A stretch of DNA of 64,000 nt from Octopus vulgaris (Eukaryota). Position 1 is the first letter of the stretch. The number at the start of each line of letters is the position of its first letter. Positions 13,337 through 28,845 of this stretch are shown here, in pieces. Location of the stretch: contig OX597835.1 of NCBI GenBank assembly GCA_951406725.2, positions 30,752,001 to 30,816,000 of the forward strand. Reading direction: 5' to 3'. The position numbers and the translations under genes are program-made. The notes beneath the pieces were generated by a model. It had not been told where the DNA came from and did not search any database. It saw nothing but the letters and a program-made list of their open reading frames with translations.

Positions 13337-13522
13337 CGAGAAAGCAGGAGAGATATATTGGTAGATAGATACAGAGAGATAGAATGTGAGAGAGAGACAG
13401 AGTGAGAGAGATAGTAACATATATAGATAAGGGGATAAATACATAGATTGAATGATAGAAAGATAAATACGTGGATATACAGACAGAAAGGCAAGAGAGA
13501 CTGACAGAGAGATAGATGGATG

Positions 13523-13592
<70 letters not shown>

Positions 13593-13671
13593 GATAGATA
13601 GAGAGAGAGGTGAGTAGGTAGGTAGAAAGAAAAACACAGGTAAATAAATAGAAAGGTAGAAAGATAGACAG

Positions 13672-14180
<509 letters not shown>

Positions 14181-14300
14181 AACCTTGACTGAACCCATTA
14201 GATGTTATAGAGTGCAACATGAATATGGGTTATAGTTTCACAACTAGGAAGCTGAACTTTTTGCATTAGGGAGTATTTTTTCCCTGGGAAAGCCATAGAC

Positions 14301-14705
14301 CAGTGGTTCCCAACCTGGGGTCCGCAAAGTCAGTACTGGGGGCCGTGAACTAAATCCAAATTTACACATATATATGATATATATGAGGATAAGGCTATTA
14401 AAACGCCTCCTTTGGAAAACTCATTTAAATAAAAGGGTTAGGAACTACTGTTTGGAACCAATACCGTAGACTATGCGATACTCCTCTGATACCCTCTTTT
14501 GACTGGAACATGACCCTTTGGTCAAGAAGAGAATAGAATCCGAGAAAGCATAAAAGAAATTATAAAAATTGAAGCAAGTAAAAAGTTTGCATCGCGGAGT
14601 ATTTTTACTGGGGGAGGACCATAGACCACTGGTTCCCAACCTGAGGTTCGCGGAACTCTGGTGGTCCACAAAGATCGTACTGGGAGTCCGTGAACTTAAT
14701 GCAAA

Positions 14706-14762
<57 letters not shown>

Positions 14763-14823
14763 ATAGGCATATCAAAAGGGGGCCGTGGGAAAAGACGTTT
14801 AAATAAAGGAGTTGGGTACCACT
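14301..14823. mobile_element. Two tandem hAT-type MITE copies (cagtggttcccaacct...ggttaggaactactg)
   Basis: CAG-starting TIRs at about 14301-14449 and 14628-14824; the flanking sequence is duplicated too. Confidence 0.75.
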
Positions 14824-14957
14824 GTTGGCAACCACTGTGATAAGTTTGGAAACCACTGCCATTGACTACGCAACATTCTTCCCATATTCGCTATTGACCC
14901 GAACTTAACCGTTTGATCAAGAAGAGAACTGAATCAGGGAAAACTAAACAGAAATTA

Positions 14958-15068
14958 TAAAAATTGAAGCAACTAAAATTGAAGCAACCAAAAATTGAAG
15001 TAACTAAAATTGAAGCTACTAAAAATTCAAGCAACTAAAAAATGAAGCAACCAAAAATTGAAACAACC
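14958..15068. repeat. 14-15 bp minisatellite (aaaattgaagcaact), about 7-8 copies
   Basis: Direct tandem units. Confidence 0.9.
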
Positions 15069-15082
15069 ATTTCCAACAACGT

Positions 15083-15123
<41 letters not shown>

Positions 15124-15200
15124 ATTGCTAAATCTATCCTCACCACTACCACTGCCACAACCAAAATTACCGACTCCTTCGTCTCCGTTATTAGCTAAAG

Positions 15201-15970
15201 CAGAGGTCGCCAAAGGGAGTCCGCAGGACACCTAGGGGTCGATGATAGCCAAGGGGGTCGAATGGGGGTCGGCGTGCGAAAGACCAGCTCAACCAGATGA
15301 ACTACTTGAAAAACCTTGTCAGCGCCATGAAACGTGGGAAAACAATAAATTTTCTCTATAGTGAGAAGTCTGCTGTTAATAACATTTGAGGCCTGATGTC
15401 GTAATCTGCATCGTAATCAAAGATTGAGGTGTGATTGAGGGGATGCAGACAGTCACGAGTTTGCTTATAGAAATTGCCTGAACTTGGATGAACAAGGTGA
15501 TATGAGACTGAAACTGACCAACATTCAGCCTGTTATCAATGCCTTGAAATCAGGATCACCATGGTGATACCACCTCATATTTAGGTTGTCGGTTTTAATA
15601 ATAATTATTCCAGCAATATGATGCGTTTTTCACATTTTCTAACAGTGAAAACAATTTCATAAAAATTGAAAGTTTAATACTGTATACCCGTACACGTAGT
15701 TTTAAATGTAAAATAGTGTGTCATCTTTAATAACATTTCTAAATTTGTCATTCATGCATATTTTAGGTAACATTTTAATTGCCAGCTTCAGTACCCGGTA
15801 CGCATTTAAGATATGGTACGGCAGGGTGAGGTATTAAAGGTGTTTTGAATGAGGAGGGTGGCCGATGTAGAAGTGGCTAAAGGGGGTCGATACGGAAGAA
15901 GAAGTGGCTAAAGTGGGTCAATACAGAAGGAGAAGTGGCTAAGGGGGGACGATGGTCGAAAAAGTTTGGC
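15201..15970 (+). mobile_element. Non-autonomous hAT (Charlie/Buster-like) element with transposase C-terminal remnant
   Basis: Left TIR cagaggtcgccaaa; ggggtcga sub-terminal repeats at both ends; about 15470-15580 reads LNLDEQGDMRLKLTNIQPVINAL, like the RGDLRL.LT.I.P.I C-terminus. Confidence 0.7.
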
Positions 15971-17418
15971 TAAAGCAACAGCAGCAACAATAGCAAGAGC
16001 AGCAGCAGCAGCGGCAGCAACGGCAGCAGCGGCAGCAGCAGCAGCAGCGGTAACAGCAGCAGCGGCAGTACCACATCCTCTAACGTCATTACCACCACCA
16101 TCACCACCACCACCACTGCTACCGTCAACACCCCACCACTAGCACCACCACCATTATCTCCACCTTCATTAACAGCAGCAGCACCACCATCATCACCACC
16201 ACCAACAACATCAACATTACTCGCATAACCACCACCAGTACTACCACAACAGACTCAACGAGTACAAACACCACCGCCACCACTACTACTACCACCTTCC
16301 CCAAATCAGCCGGCGGCACATCCACCACCAAAACAACCACTACCACCCCACTAACTTCATCATCATCATCAACATCATCAACATATGAACACCAACCCCA
16401 CCACTACCTCCATCACCACCACACCCCTATTTAGAAAGCCAAAACCAGTTGTGTCTAAACCAGTCTCAACCAATCGTAACTGTTCCGTCACTGCCCCTTG
16501 TCTGTCGTCATCTCTATTTTACCCCATCCCACATACAATCGCCACCCCTAAATGCATCCTCTAATCCATCATTCCCAGAATTCTATGGAATTCCCCTCTC
16601 AATGCCAACATTTTTTTTCCTCCAGAAATCCTTCTCCAGATGTTCACGATGTCAACCTCCAGATGTTTGAACTGAAACACCAACTGAACTACATGCACTG
16701 GTCACTGTATCTGCAAGAAATAGCAGTCAAAAACCTTCTTGTCAAACTCCGTCGGGAAGGACACATCGTAATAAGTGAAGGGCAAATGTAGATGGTAGGA
16801 ATATCTTAGATCACGTGTCTTATCGATCAAGTGTGAGCCATCAGAGAACTCGCTACGACATTGACGATATTCTAGAAATAACAACCAAAGCACATTAAGA
16901 CATACACTGCCCGGAAGGACACATCAAATGAAGGTGCAAGCAGACTCCTCATCGCCATAATAAGGTGTGGTTGGAGTAAGAATATTCTAGATCATGGGTC
17001 TGGCCGACAAAGCGTCAGTCATTGGAGAACTCGCTATGTGTTAGAAATAGCAACGAAATATCTCTCAAATTGTAATCCAACAATTATAACAAAGACACAT
17101 AAAAATACATCCGGGTAAAAGATAAAATGCTGATACGAACAAAATATAAACTCGGAGTTGCAACGGACATAAGGCTCAAGTAATACATGACACACTATTT
17201 GATGCTTTGGGTACCCTTTCTGTCCTTTTTCACACGAATACACATACACACGCAGACACGTATGCGAGCACACCCACGTGCACATACATATACACACAAA
17301 TAAGTCTACGTGTGTATACATAGATATTTGCACGCTCATACAGACAGACAGACACACACACACACACACACTCACGCACACGCACACATACTAACACACA
17401 CAAGCATACACATATCTG

Positions 17419-17818
17419 CGTGGTTGTGTGGTAAGTAACTTGCTTACCAACCACATGGTTCCGGGTTCAGTCCCACTGCGTGGCATCTTCGGCAAATGTC
17501 TTCTACCTTAGCCTCGGACCAACCATAAGCCTTGTGAGTGGATTTAGTAGACGGAAACCGAAAGAAACCGGTCATATATTAATGTGTGCGTATCTATGTG
17601 TTTCTGGTTTCCTCTCCACCATCGCTTGACAGCAAATATTATTGTGTTTACATTCCCGTAACTTAGCGGCTCGGCAAAACATACCGACAGAACAAGTACT
17701 AGGCTTACAAAGAATAAGTCCTGGGGTCGACTGCTTCGACTAATAAACACTTTAAGGTGGTGCTCCAGCATGTCCGCAGTCAAAATGATTGAAACAAGTA
17801 AAAGAAAAGAAAAAAAGA
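17419..17818 (+). mobile_element. SINE family B, near full length
   Basis: Head, CORE-like segment and tail are all present. Confidence 0.9.
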
Positions 17819-17918
17819 ATATTTATATATACATGTATACATACATACACATACACACATACATACATACATACATACCTACATACATACATACATACAT
17901 ACATACATACATACGTAC

Positions 17919-17951
<33 letters not shown>

Positions 17952-18365
17952 TACATACACACATACATACATAAGAATGTATGTAACATATAGGTATATA
18001 TGTGTATATAGCTATTTAGATACCTAGGTAGAATGATAGATATATAAAGAGTGACAGAGAGAAAGAGAGAGCGAGGAAGGTAGAAAGAGAGAGAGCGTGT
18101 AAGAGAGAAAGAAAGAGAGAGAGAGGAAAAGAGTTGGTTGTTTTATTTATGCCAACATGACTTTTATCTTCTATTGATTCTTAGTTTATCATACATACAC
18201 ATGTATACACATGTAGACACACACATGCACAAACACAGACACACGTATACATATATACATGTACGTATAACTATGTATATATATTTGTGTGTGTGTTCAT
18301 TAAAATATATGCATATATAAGTGCCTATGCATATATGTGTATATATATATATACATATGTATATA

Positions 18366-18399
<34 letters not shown>

Positions 18400-18685
18400 A
18401 ATATAATATATATATATATATACACATACATATATATATTATATAGATACTTATGTATACATATATACTTATTTTTATTTTTATTTTCACATGTTTTTGC
18501 TCGTAATTGAAATTGCCCATTTTTTTATTTATTCCATTATTCCTAAAAACTTATACATACACATATACGTACAAGCATGTATATATGTGTATATAACTAA
18601 GGCTAAATATATATTTCTCTACGCATATATGCGCGTTTATATGCAATCAAGTAGGTATGTATATACATGTATATATGTATATGTG

Positions 18686-18726
<41 letters not shown>

Positions 18727-18859
18727 GCTGGTATGTTGAAACACAGGAATCTCTTCAATTTCCTTGATGGAATTTACATAAATATTATTGATAATTTTAT
18801 TCCATAATGTGTTATAATTGAATTATTTCCTCTGATGTATTTGTTATTGTTGTTTTAGG

Positions 18860-18890
<31 letters not shown>

Positions 18891-19109
18891 TGTGTGTGTT
18901 GTGTGTGTGTGTGCGTTTTTTTTGTTCATAATTTATTTGATATTATTAATGTATTTTTGTTGTTAATGTTGTTAGCAGCCGTGATCTGGTAACGGTCGTG
19001 GTTTGGGTTGAGGTGTCACGTCACCGATCTTGTTCGTAAATATACATTGTTTTATGCGCATGTGCGTGGTATACATATATATATTTTATACACACACACA
19101 CACATACAA

Positions 19110-19190
<81 letters not shown>

Positions 19191-19196
19191 TATATG

Positions 19197-19229
<33 letters not shown>

Positions 19230-19544
19230 GTATTTGTATCTATGTATGTGCGTAGCTTATACGTACATAGATTGACATTTTCACATTCGTGTAATTGAAT
19301 AACTAATTTTGGGCTTCTTCATTACTCCGAGTTCTATAGGCAATCGAACAACGTGTAAAATCGCTCAGATGTTTGCTATAATAATTTATTAGCCGCATAT
19401 GACTTGAAAAGCATATCCTCATTTGTTGTTTATACTCTTCATTACCATTGAGCAAAGAAAGGTACATAATATCGTAACCTGCAGTTTTGAGGCACTGATA
19501 ATATTACCACAATTTAAGGGAGAACATCCAGTCATGACTATCGT

Positions 19545-20045
19545 CATTTAGCAATACGAATTTGAAACTTTTCATAGTATCCTAACACCTTCTTGTAATA
19601 ATTCACGGGTGTTTTTATCAGGATCATTGACGGAAATCGAATATCACATGTATCTGTTAAGGGATGCAGTGCATACAATTTTTGACAAGCAATGGCTGCA
19701 GTGTTTCCTAGGATTTGGTTTCTAAACTTCCACATAAAGAAGGAAACAGCGTTGCAGGACTATTTTTTCTCTACACTTAAAGGGTTTCCGATGTTGGATA
19801 TATCCTTGAACCATCTTGAATTTACTCATACCGAGCACTGTATATTCCCTCTGGTACCTATCAGACGGAGCGAATGTTGCTCTTTATGACACGTCTTTAA
19901 GAAAAACATAATCCACTGAACAGATAAGTGGCTTGGTTCCACACTAAGTTGGTGGAGAGGGAGACGGCGTTGCTGCATATGTTTTCGGTCATAGCTTTTG
20001 ATGGTAGAAACGATATTGTCTAGACATTATCGTTTTTAGTATCAT
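19545..20045 (-). mobile_element. Degenerate Penelope-like GIY-YIG endonuclease C-terminal remnant
   Basis: Minus strand MWKFRNQILG...LYALHPLTDTCDIRF resembles the PLE pattern IW.LK...W.I...PY.P...C.LC. Confidence 0.45.
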
Positions 20046-20114
20046 CAATACAGCATCATGATGTTAATAATAATATATATACATATATACATAAAACTGC
20101 AATGTATATGTATA

Positions 20115-20213
<99 letters not shown>

Positions 20214-20278
20214 TACGTATGGATATGTTCATATATATATACACATATGTATATATGTATTTATATTTATATATATAC

Positions 20279-20335
<57 letters not shown>

Positions 20336-20603
20336 CGTATGGATATGTTTATATATACATATATATATATGTGTGTGTGTATGTACACATATGTCTGTGT
20401 GTGAGTGTGAATGTGAGTGTAGTTGGTGAGTGTGTCTGTATTTGTGTTCAGATGATGTTTACATCATTTTTCATTTTTTTCGATTGTAGTCTGTTTATCT
20501 TCTTGTAGTTCCGAATACATACTTGCGTACGTACATACATGCACGCACAGATAAACACACAAATACACACACACACATACACGCACATATATATGCGCAT
20601 ATG

Positions 20604-20644
<41 letters not shown>

Positions 20645-20977
20645 TGTACATATGCATATATGCATGCATACAAATTATGCATATATATACATATATGTAC
20701 ATACGTGTAAATATATATGTATATTTCTATTTCTGTCTCTCTCCCTGTTTCCCATTATCTATCTATCTATCTGTCTAGTTCCAACTATGTTTTACAGATT
20801 AAGTTTTTTCCATTTTAGTGGGCGATAGAAATATTCGCAGATTTCTGCATGGAAATAAAACCATAGACGAAAAAAAACAAGTGCCATTAAAAAATAATGA
20901 TAAAAACAATGACATCGATAATAGCTGCATGAGCAATGAAAGCAAAAAATGTAAATAAAGAATATATTTTTAGTCGC

Positions 20978-21107
<130 letters not shown>

Positions 21108-21134
21108 GCAAATATATAAATAGGGTTAAATGTA

Positions 21135-21860
21135 GATGCTATTCAAATTGTTTTAATTCCGACATATGTTTCGGAGAAAACATTGGTATTATTCCAGAAG
21201 GAAAAAAATTTTGCAAAACTATGCAACCTTCTCTTCAGGAAAAGAAAGGAACCAAACACATCAATAAGACATTTTAACAGAATGCGATGATTGCGTATAT
21301 GATGAAGGGAACACTATTAAATTAAAAGAAAAAAACCTTAGTATATATGACATCAAAGGTATTTTTAGAAAGAGAAGGAGGAGAAAGAAAGAAATTAGCA
21401 GAAAACTTATAGTGGAGAGATATAGGGTGATAGGTGAATTAGTATAAAGCTTGAAAGAATAAATGTAGATATATTTAGTGGAAATGCAATGTAAGAAGAC
21501 AGTCAAAGGTCGAATTTTAATAAATGGTAGAAATCACTTATAGGAATTAAAGGAATGTTTCTGCCAATGTTTTCAACGATAAACGCGTTCTATAAACGCG
21601 TTTACAAGGGGAGTTTTTGAAAATAGGACAAAAAATATTTCCCTATTAAAAAGCGAGCATGAAGATTTACCTTGGTCATGAGGTAAAGAAATAGTGAGAA
21701 TATTCCATTCCAAATTAAATTGTTTATTATGATCTTTTAGATACCAGATTAATTTACTAAACCCAGTATTTATACATACATACTCGATTTCTTAATTTAT
21801 CTATGTTAAACAGAAACATTTCACTAAACCCTGGAATTTCAACCTTTATAAGACGGCTGT
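21135..21860 (-). mobile_element. Penelope-like element 3' end (GIY-YIG C-terminus, 3' UTR, hammerhead)
   Basis: About 21770-21590 reads TGFSKLIWYLKDHNKQFNLEWNILTISLPHDQGKSSCSLFNREIFFVLFSKTPLVNAFIE, matching the PLE endonuclease C-terminus. Confidence 0.75.
21157..21242 (-). ncRNA. Type I hammerhead ribozyme with intact core and long branched stem II
   Basis: tttc-CTGAAGA-G...C-GAA-ACATATGT-C-ggaa; palindromic stem III and GUC cleavage triplet. Confidence 0.7.
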
Positions 21861-21938
21861 AACATCCTTGGTGCTTATGTGAATTTTTGCTACCCTGATA
21901 ACTATTTATTTTTTCCGTGTTATTTGTACGCATTCAAA

Positions 21939-21973
<35 letters not shown>

Positions 21974-22199
21974 CATGCATTTCGAAGTATCTGCATTGCT
22001 GTTTCTATTATTATCTCCATCACTTTTTCCCATTTTGTTTTTTAATAAGATAAATGGTTTCAGTTTTATTAACAGAGAAACTTCTAAAAAACTCATCTTG
22101 AAGATGTCGCTAACGATTTATCATAAGTGGACACGTACTTAGTGATAATGATGGTTAATAGAGGTAGCGGCGATAATGGGAACTGAACAATGAAGGGGA

Positions 22200-22735
22200 A
22201 CGGTGATGATGAACAGTCTGATGGTGTTGTTGTTGATGTTGTTGTTGGTGGTGGTGGTGATGATGACGACGACGATGTTGGTGATTATAATGATGATGGT
22301 GATGATGATGATGATGATGATGATGATAATAATGATGATGATAATGATGGTGCTGGTGGCGGTAGTGGTGGGTGGCTGAGGTGTCGTTCGTATTGGTTTT
22401 GGAGATGACGAAGGGTATGTGACTAGATCCTGATGTCATAAGGTGGGATGGTGGTAGTGTTATTGGTGGTGGTGATGATGAGGATGATGATGATGATGAT
22501 GATGACGGGGAGGAAGAGGAGGAGGAGGTGACGGTGATGGAGTGCTTTCTTGAATGTGTTGGGATGAGGTGGTGGTGGTGGTGGTGGTGGTGGTGGTGGT
22601 GGTGGTGGTGGTGGTGTTGGTGGTGGTGGTGGTGGTGGTTGTGATGGTGGTGATGGTGGTTGTGGTGGTGGTGATGGTGGTTGTGGTGGTGGTGGTGGTG
22701 GTGGTGGTGGCGGCGGTGGTGATGGTGGTGTTTGT
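22200..22735. repeat. Degenerate (GGT)/(GAT)n tract
   Basis: Direct triplets. Confidence 0.9.
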
Positions 22736-23019
22736 AATTTTGATGAAAGCTATGTTGCTGCTGCTTTTGCTGCTGCAAAGAAGAAGTTGAATGAAGATAA
22801 TGAAAAATCAGCTGAATTTTGAAATGACAAAATAGAGAAGTAGTCAAGAATGAATCAACAAATGATGGAATAAATAAAGAGAAAAAGGAATGAGGGAGGA
22901 AACGAAGAACGACAATTTAGCAACAAGTTGAAATTTTAAATGACAATCATATCCTGACACGATATATTTTCCTCTCTCTTTCACCTTTCCTCCCTCTTTC
23001 TTTCCTTCTTTTCCTTCCT

Positions 23020-23101
23020 TTCATATTTTCCTTTTCTCTTATTGTCCATCTTTCATGCTTTTCTTTTTTTCGTTCCATAATTTCCTACATGACTCTTATT
23101 T

Positions 23102-23137
<36 letters not shown>

Positions 23138-23655
23138 TCATTTCCTTCGTTTCATATTTTCCTTTTCTCTTATTGTCCATCTTCCATGCTTTTCTTTTTT
23201 TCGTTCCATAATTTCCTACCTGACTCTTATTTTCTTTCTTTCCTGCTTCCTTCTTTTTCTTCCTTCCTTTTCTTTCTTCCATTTCCTTTTCCCCTTCTTT
23301 CTTTCTTTTCCTTCGTTTCATATTTTCCTTTTCTCTTATTGTCCATCTTCCATGCTTTTCTTTCTTTCGTTCCATAATTTCACACCTGTCTCTTATTTTA
23401 TTTCTTTCTTTCCTGCTTCCTTCTTTTTCTTCCTTCCTTTTCTTTCTTCCATTTCCTTTTCCCCTTCTTTCTTTCTTTTCCTTCCTTTCATATTTTCCTT
23501 TTCTCTTATTGTCCATCTTCCATGCTTTCCTTTCTTTCGTTCCATAATTTCCTACCTGACTCTTATTTTCTTTCTTTCTTCCCTGCTTCCTTCTTTTCTT
23601 CTTTCCTTTTCTTTCTTCCATTTCCTTTTCCCTTTCTTTCTTTCATTTCCTTCCT
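23020..23655. repeat. Pyrimidine-rich minisatellite, 4 units of about 130-170 bp
   Basis: ttcatattttccttttctcttattgtccatc recurs at 23020, 23151, 23317 and 23487. Confidence 0.92.
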
Positions 23656-24118
23656 CCTTTATGTATTTATTTATTTACTTATTTGCACCCACCTCTCGTT
23701 TCTTTCTTTCGTGTTTTCTTTATTTCTTTATGTCTTAATTCCTTCATGCTTTCTTTATTTCGTTCGCTTTATTTCTTCCTTTCTATCTTCCCTTCTCACA
23801 TCCTTCCTACTTTCTTCCGGTCTTTCATCTCTTTCTTCGAACTTCCCTTCCTTCCGTCCTTCTCTACTCAATCTTTTCTCTTTTCTTTTTTCCATCACCG
23901 TCAGCTTTTCTTTTTTTCCCCCTCACCATCTTCTGCTAATCTCCGTTGATAAGTTACTCTATTAGCAATTTATCAACATTGCTAAAAACAGCGCTAATAT
24001 AACTAATGTAAATCTTTGAAGAAATATTTTCTCTTCGGCAATGAACAGTTTCTTCTTGGTATCCAAGACAACTATTCGTTAAGCGAATTCTAATACCAGT
24101 TAATATATATAAAGTCTA

Positions 24119-24330
24119 AGGCGGTGAGCTGGCAGAATTGTTAGCACGCCAGGTAAGTGCTAAGTGGCATTTCGTCTACCTTTGCGTTCTGTATTCAACT
24201 TCCGTCGAGGTTGACTTTTCTTTTCATCCTTTCGGGGTCGATAAATTAAGTACCAGTGAAAAACTGGGTCGATATAATCGACTAGTCCCCTCTCCCCAAA
24301 TTTCAGTCCTTGTGCCTTTAGTAGAAAGGA
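24119..24330 (+). mobile_element. SINE family A, full length, (ATT)n tail
   Basis: ggcggtgagctggcagaattgttagc...ttcatcctttcggggtcgataaattaagtaccag...gtagaaagg. Confidence 0.92.
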
Positions 24331-24393
<63 letters not shown>

Positions 24394-24483
24394 CAGACGT
24401 AACAGAATGACTCAGGTTCGAGCGTTTCGTGTGTGTATGTATGTATGTACGTATGCATTTATATGTATGTAAATATCTGTCTG

Positions 24484-24548
<65 letters not shown>

Positions 24549-24551
24549 ATA

Positions 24552-24619
<68 letters not shown>

Positions 24620-24994
24620 TGATTCATGTCTAGACTTCGGTAAATTTAAGTTTCAATTTTCGGAAATACCTTACGGAAGAACACGATATAAAAATCGATA
24701 TAATTGAAAGCGGGAGTAAGTGATTTGGACGCAGTTTCTCTTTTATACCATATTGACTTGTATGAGCCGAAACAAAATATGAATAAATGAATAAAATATT
24801 TTTTTTATTTTTTAATATTGTAAAAGGGATTTTTATTTCGATTTTTCTGTATTTTTTTTGTATGTGTCCCTTATATCAGTTGAGTACATTTACAACATTC
24901 TTCTCATAATTCCTTTCACATTCTAGAATGTCTTCTAAGAATATTAAATCGATCACAGTTTTTGGCTGGTTTTATCATTCTATCGACCTTTATA

Positions 24995-26255
<1,261 letters not shown>

Positions 26256-26300
26256 AATATCTTTACTTCGATTCGAACTTGTAAATTTTCTTATTCATAA

Positions 26301-26463
26301 GGCACAGGAGTGGCTGTGTGGTAAGTAGCTTGCTTACCAACCACATGGTTCCGGGTTCTGTCCCACTGCGTGGCACCTTGGGCAAGTGTCTTCTTCTATA
26401 GCCTCGGACCGAACAAAGCCTTGTGAGTGGATTTGATATACGGAAACTGAAAGAAGCCCGTCG

Positions 26464-26504
<41 letters not shown>

Positions 26505-26724
26505 GTTTGTGTGTCTGTGTTTGTCCCCACAACATCGCTTGACAACCGATGCTGGTGTGTTTACGTCCCCGTCATTTAGCGGTTGGTTCGGCAAGAGAGA
26601 CCGATAGAATAAGTACTCGGCTTACGAAGAATAAAGTCCTGGGGGGTCGATTTGCTCGACTAGATGCGGTGCTCCAGCATGGCCGCAGTCAAATGACTGA
26701 AACAAGTAAAAGAAAAGAAAAGAA
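26301..26724 (+). mobile_element. SINE family B, full length
   Basis: ggcacaggagtggctgtgtggtaag...ggcaccttgggcaagtgtc...(TA)n...gactgaaacaagtaaaag. Confidence 0.95.
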
Positions 26725-27744
26725 AGAAGAAGCAAATTCCTTATGGAAATGAATGCACCTCACCGCCGTTCTGACTCTCTTTCCGTGACATATACTCACG
26801 CAGTAAAAGCCATCATCGTTCATCCACCAACGTTACATTAAAGGTTAGCGACCGTTTAATTCGGTTGCTCATATGGTTTGTATGATACGTTGAGCTATTA
26901 GTTTCGGCAATTCACAGAGAGTTTTTTTTTTATATTTTCTATATATCAGTATTTTTTTTTTTTTTTGGTATGTGTATATGTGTATGTGTTGGGGGGCGAT
27001 AATCTCTCATTAAATGTTGGTTGTTATTCACCTTATATTTAATGACAGTATACCAATGTTCGATGGTTCTTCGTAATCTGTCTCCTTTTTTTTTTCTCCC
27101 CCTCTTTTACTTCCTTTCTTTCTTTGTGCTGATAGTTCCTGTTTTATTCCGATCAATCACAGTCGATCCTAATTGATGTAAGGAATGGTAACTGCTGCAC
27201 AATACAGTATCTCATTCAATATCCATAAATTTTCCATCTGTATTTCCCCACGTTTGTCATCGAATAACAGAATACCATTATCGATTATTCCTAACATTAA
27301 ATCACTTCGTTTCCCCACCGATTCTTCTTGTAAATCTCTCCTCTTTCTCCCCTCCTCATTCCCCCGTTTCTCTCGCTTCTCTAATGGTCGAGCGTTAAAC
27401 AAGCTAAATTTCTCCATGGACAAGGCGGACGGCCGACCATTTTTTCTTCTTTTTTTCCCCCACTCTTTTCTTTTTTTTATTATCAAGCTAGAAAAGTGGG
27501 CGGCAAAGTGACCGAATAGGTAGAGCGACGAGGCAAGTAGCAGGAAATATTTACTTAAATGCCTCTTTTTGTCTTTTATGTTCTGAGTTCGAATCGTACC
27601 AAAATCAACTCTGCTTTCATACTTTCAAGATTCTTTCAAATAAAAATACCAGACAAGTATTGGAGTCGTGTAATCCCGGAATTCCTTTTCTTAAAATCTA
27701 TGGCAAAGCTGGTAGAATAATGTGAAAATATACTTTTCGTTTTA

Positions 27745-27940
27745 TTTGTTTCAGTCATTGGATTGCGGCCATGCTAGAGCATTGCCTTGAGGTGTTTAGT
27801 CGAATAAATCATTCTCAGTAATTATTTATTTTTTGAGACTTTTTGATTCCTTGTGCAAGTTTATGGAGACGTAAACAAACCACGGTCGGCAATCGAGTAG
27901 GGGAAGGAAGGAAACAGCACAAAGATATATATACATACCT

Positions 27941-27998
<58 letters not shown>

Positions 27999-28016
27999 CA
28001 AGTATGTATGTCTATG

Positions 28017-28047
<31 letters not shown>

Positions 28048-28391
28048 TCATTTACTTGTTTCAGTCATTGGTTGTGGCAATCCTGGAGTCCTTAGGGCTT
28101 ATTCGACCCTAGGACTTATTCTTTGGAAGTCTACCACATATTCAACCGTTCTCTTTTGCCGAGACACTATGTTACGGGGACGTAAACACATCAACATCGG
28201 TCATCAAGAGATGGTGGGGGACAAGCACAGACATACACAAATACATACATACGTCTACCAAATTCACTTTCAAGGTAATGGTCAGTCCGAGGGTATAGTA
28301 AAAGACACTTGCCCAGGGTGTCACGTAGTGGAACTGAACCCGGAACCATGTAGTTGAGGAGCAAGCTTTTTACCATACACCCACGCTACGC

Positions 28392-28393
<2 letters not shown>
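27745..28393 (-). mobile_element. SINE family B copy plus additional tail fragment
   Basis: ttgtttcagtcattgg tails at about 27746 and 28056; head ggaactgaacccggaaccatg at about 28330. Confidence 0.8.
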
Positions 28394-28427
<34 letters not shown>

Positions 28428-28429
28428 AT

Positions 28430-28670
28430 CTAATCATATCTGTCAGGCATGTGGAAGAGAGTGTAATTCGGCAGGTGGACTTAAACGACATGCAAAGGTA
28501 CATGAAGCCCAGTTACAACTACAGCCAGCTATTGCCAGAAAAGGTTATAGCTGTCCATTCTGTACGAGACGTTGTAGATCTTTAGCTGGCCACAAAGTCA
28601 CATTCGATCACAGCACCAATGACAGTTAAGCTTCGTGAAATGGCCATACTCGATAACGAGGGAGCAGCTA
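28430..28670 (+). mobile_element. LINE (probably RTE-clade) 3' end encoding two C2H2 zinc fingers
   Basis: CQACGRECNSAGGLKRHAKVH...CPFCTRRCRSLAG; the second finger is frameshifted; a short 3' UTR is followed by (TATC)n. Confidence 0.65.
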
Positions 28671-28679
28671 TCATTTCTC

Positions 28680-28748
<69 letters not shown>

Positions 28749-28767
28749 CTCTATCTATATATATATA

Positions 28768-28845
<78 letters not shown>

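Noticed and set aside
23085-23621. 178-aa Lys/Arg/Glu-rich repetitive ORF
   Set aside because: Product of a purine/pyrimidine-biased minisatellite that lacks stop codons by composition.
27169-27511. Overlapping ORFs of about 105 aa in unique sequence
   Set aside because: No recognisable domain or convincing exon boundaries; a non-coding function cannot be excluded.
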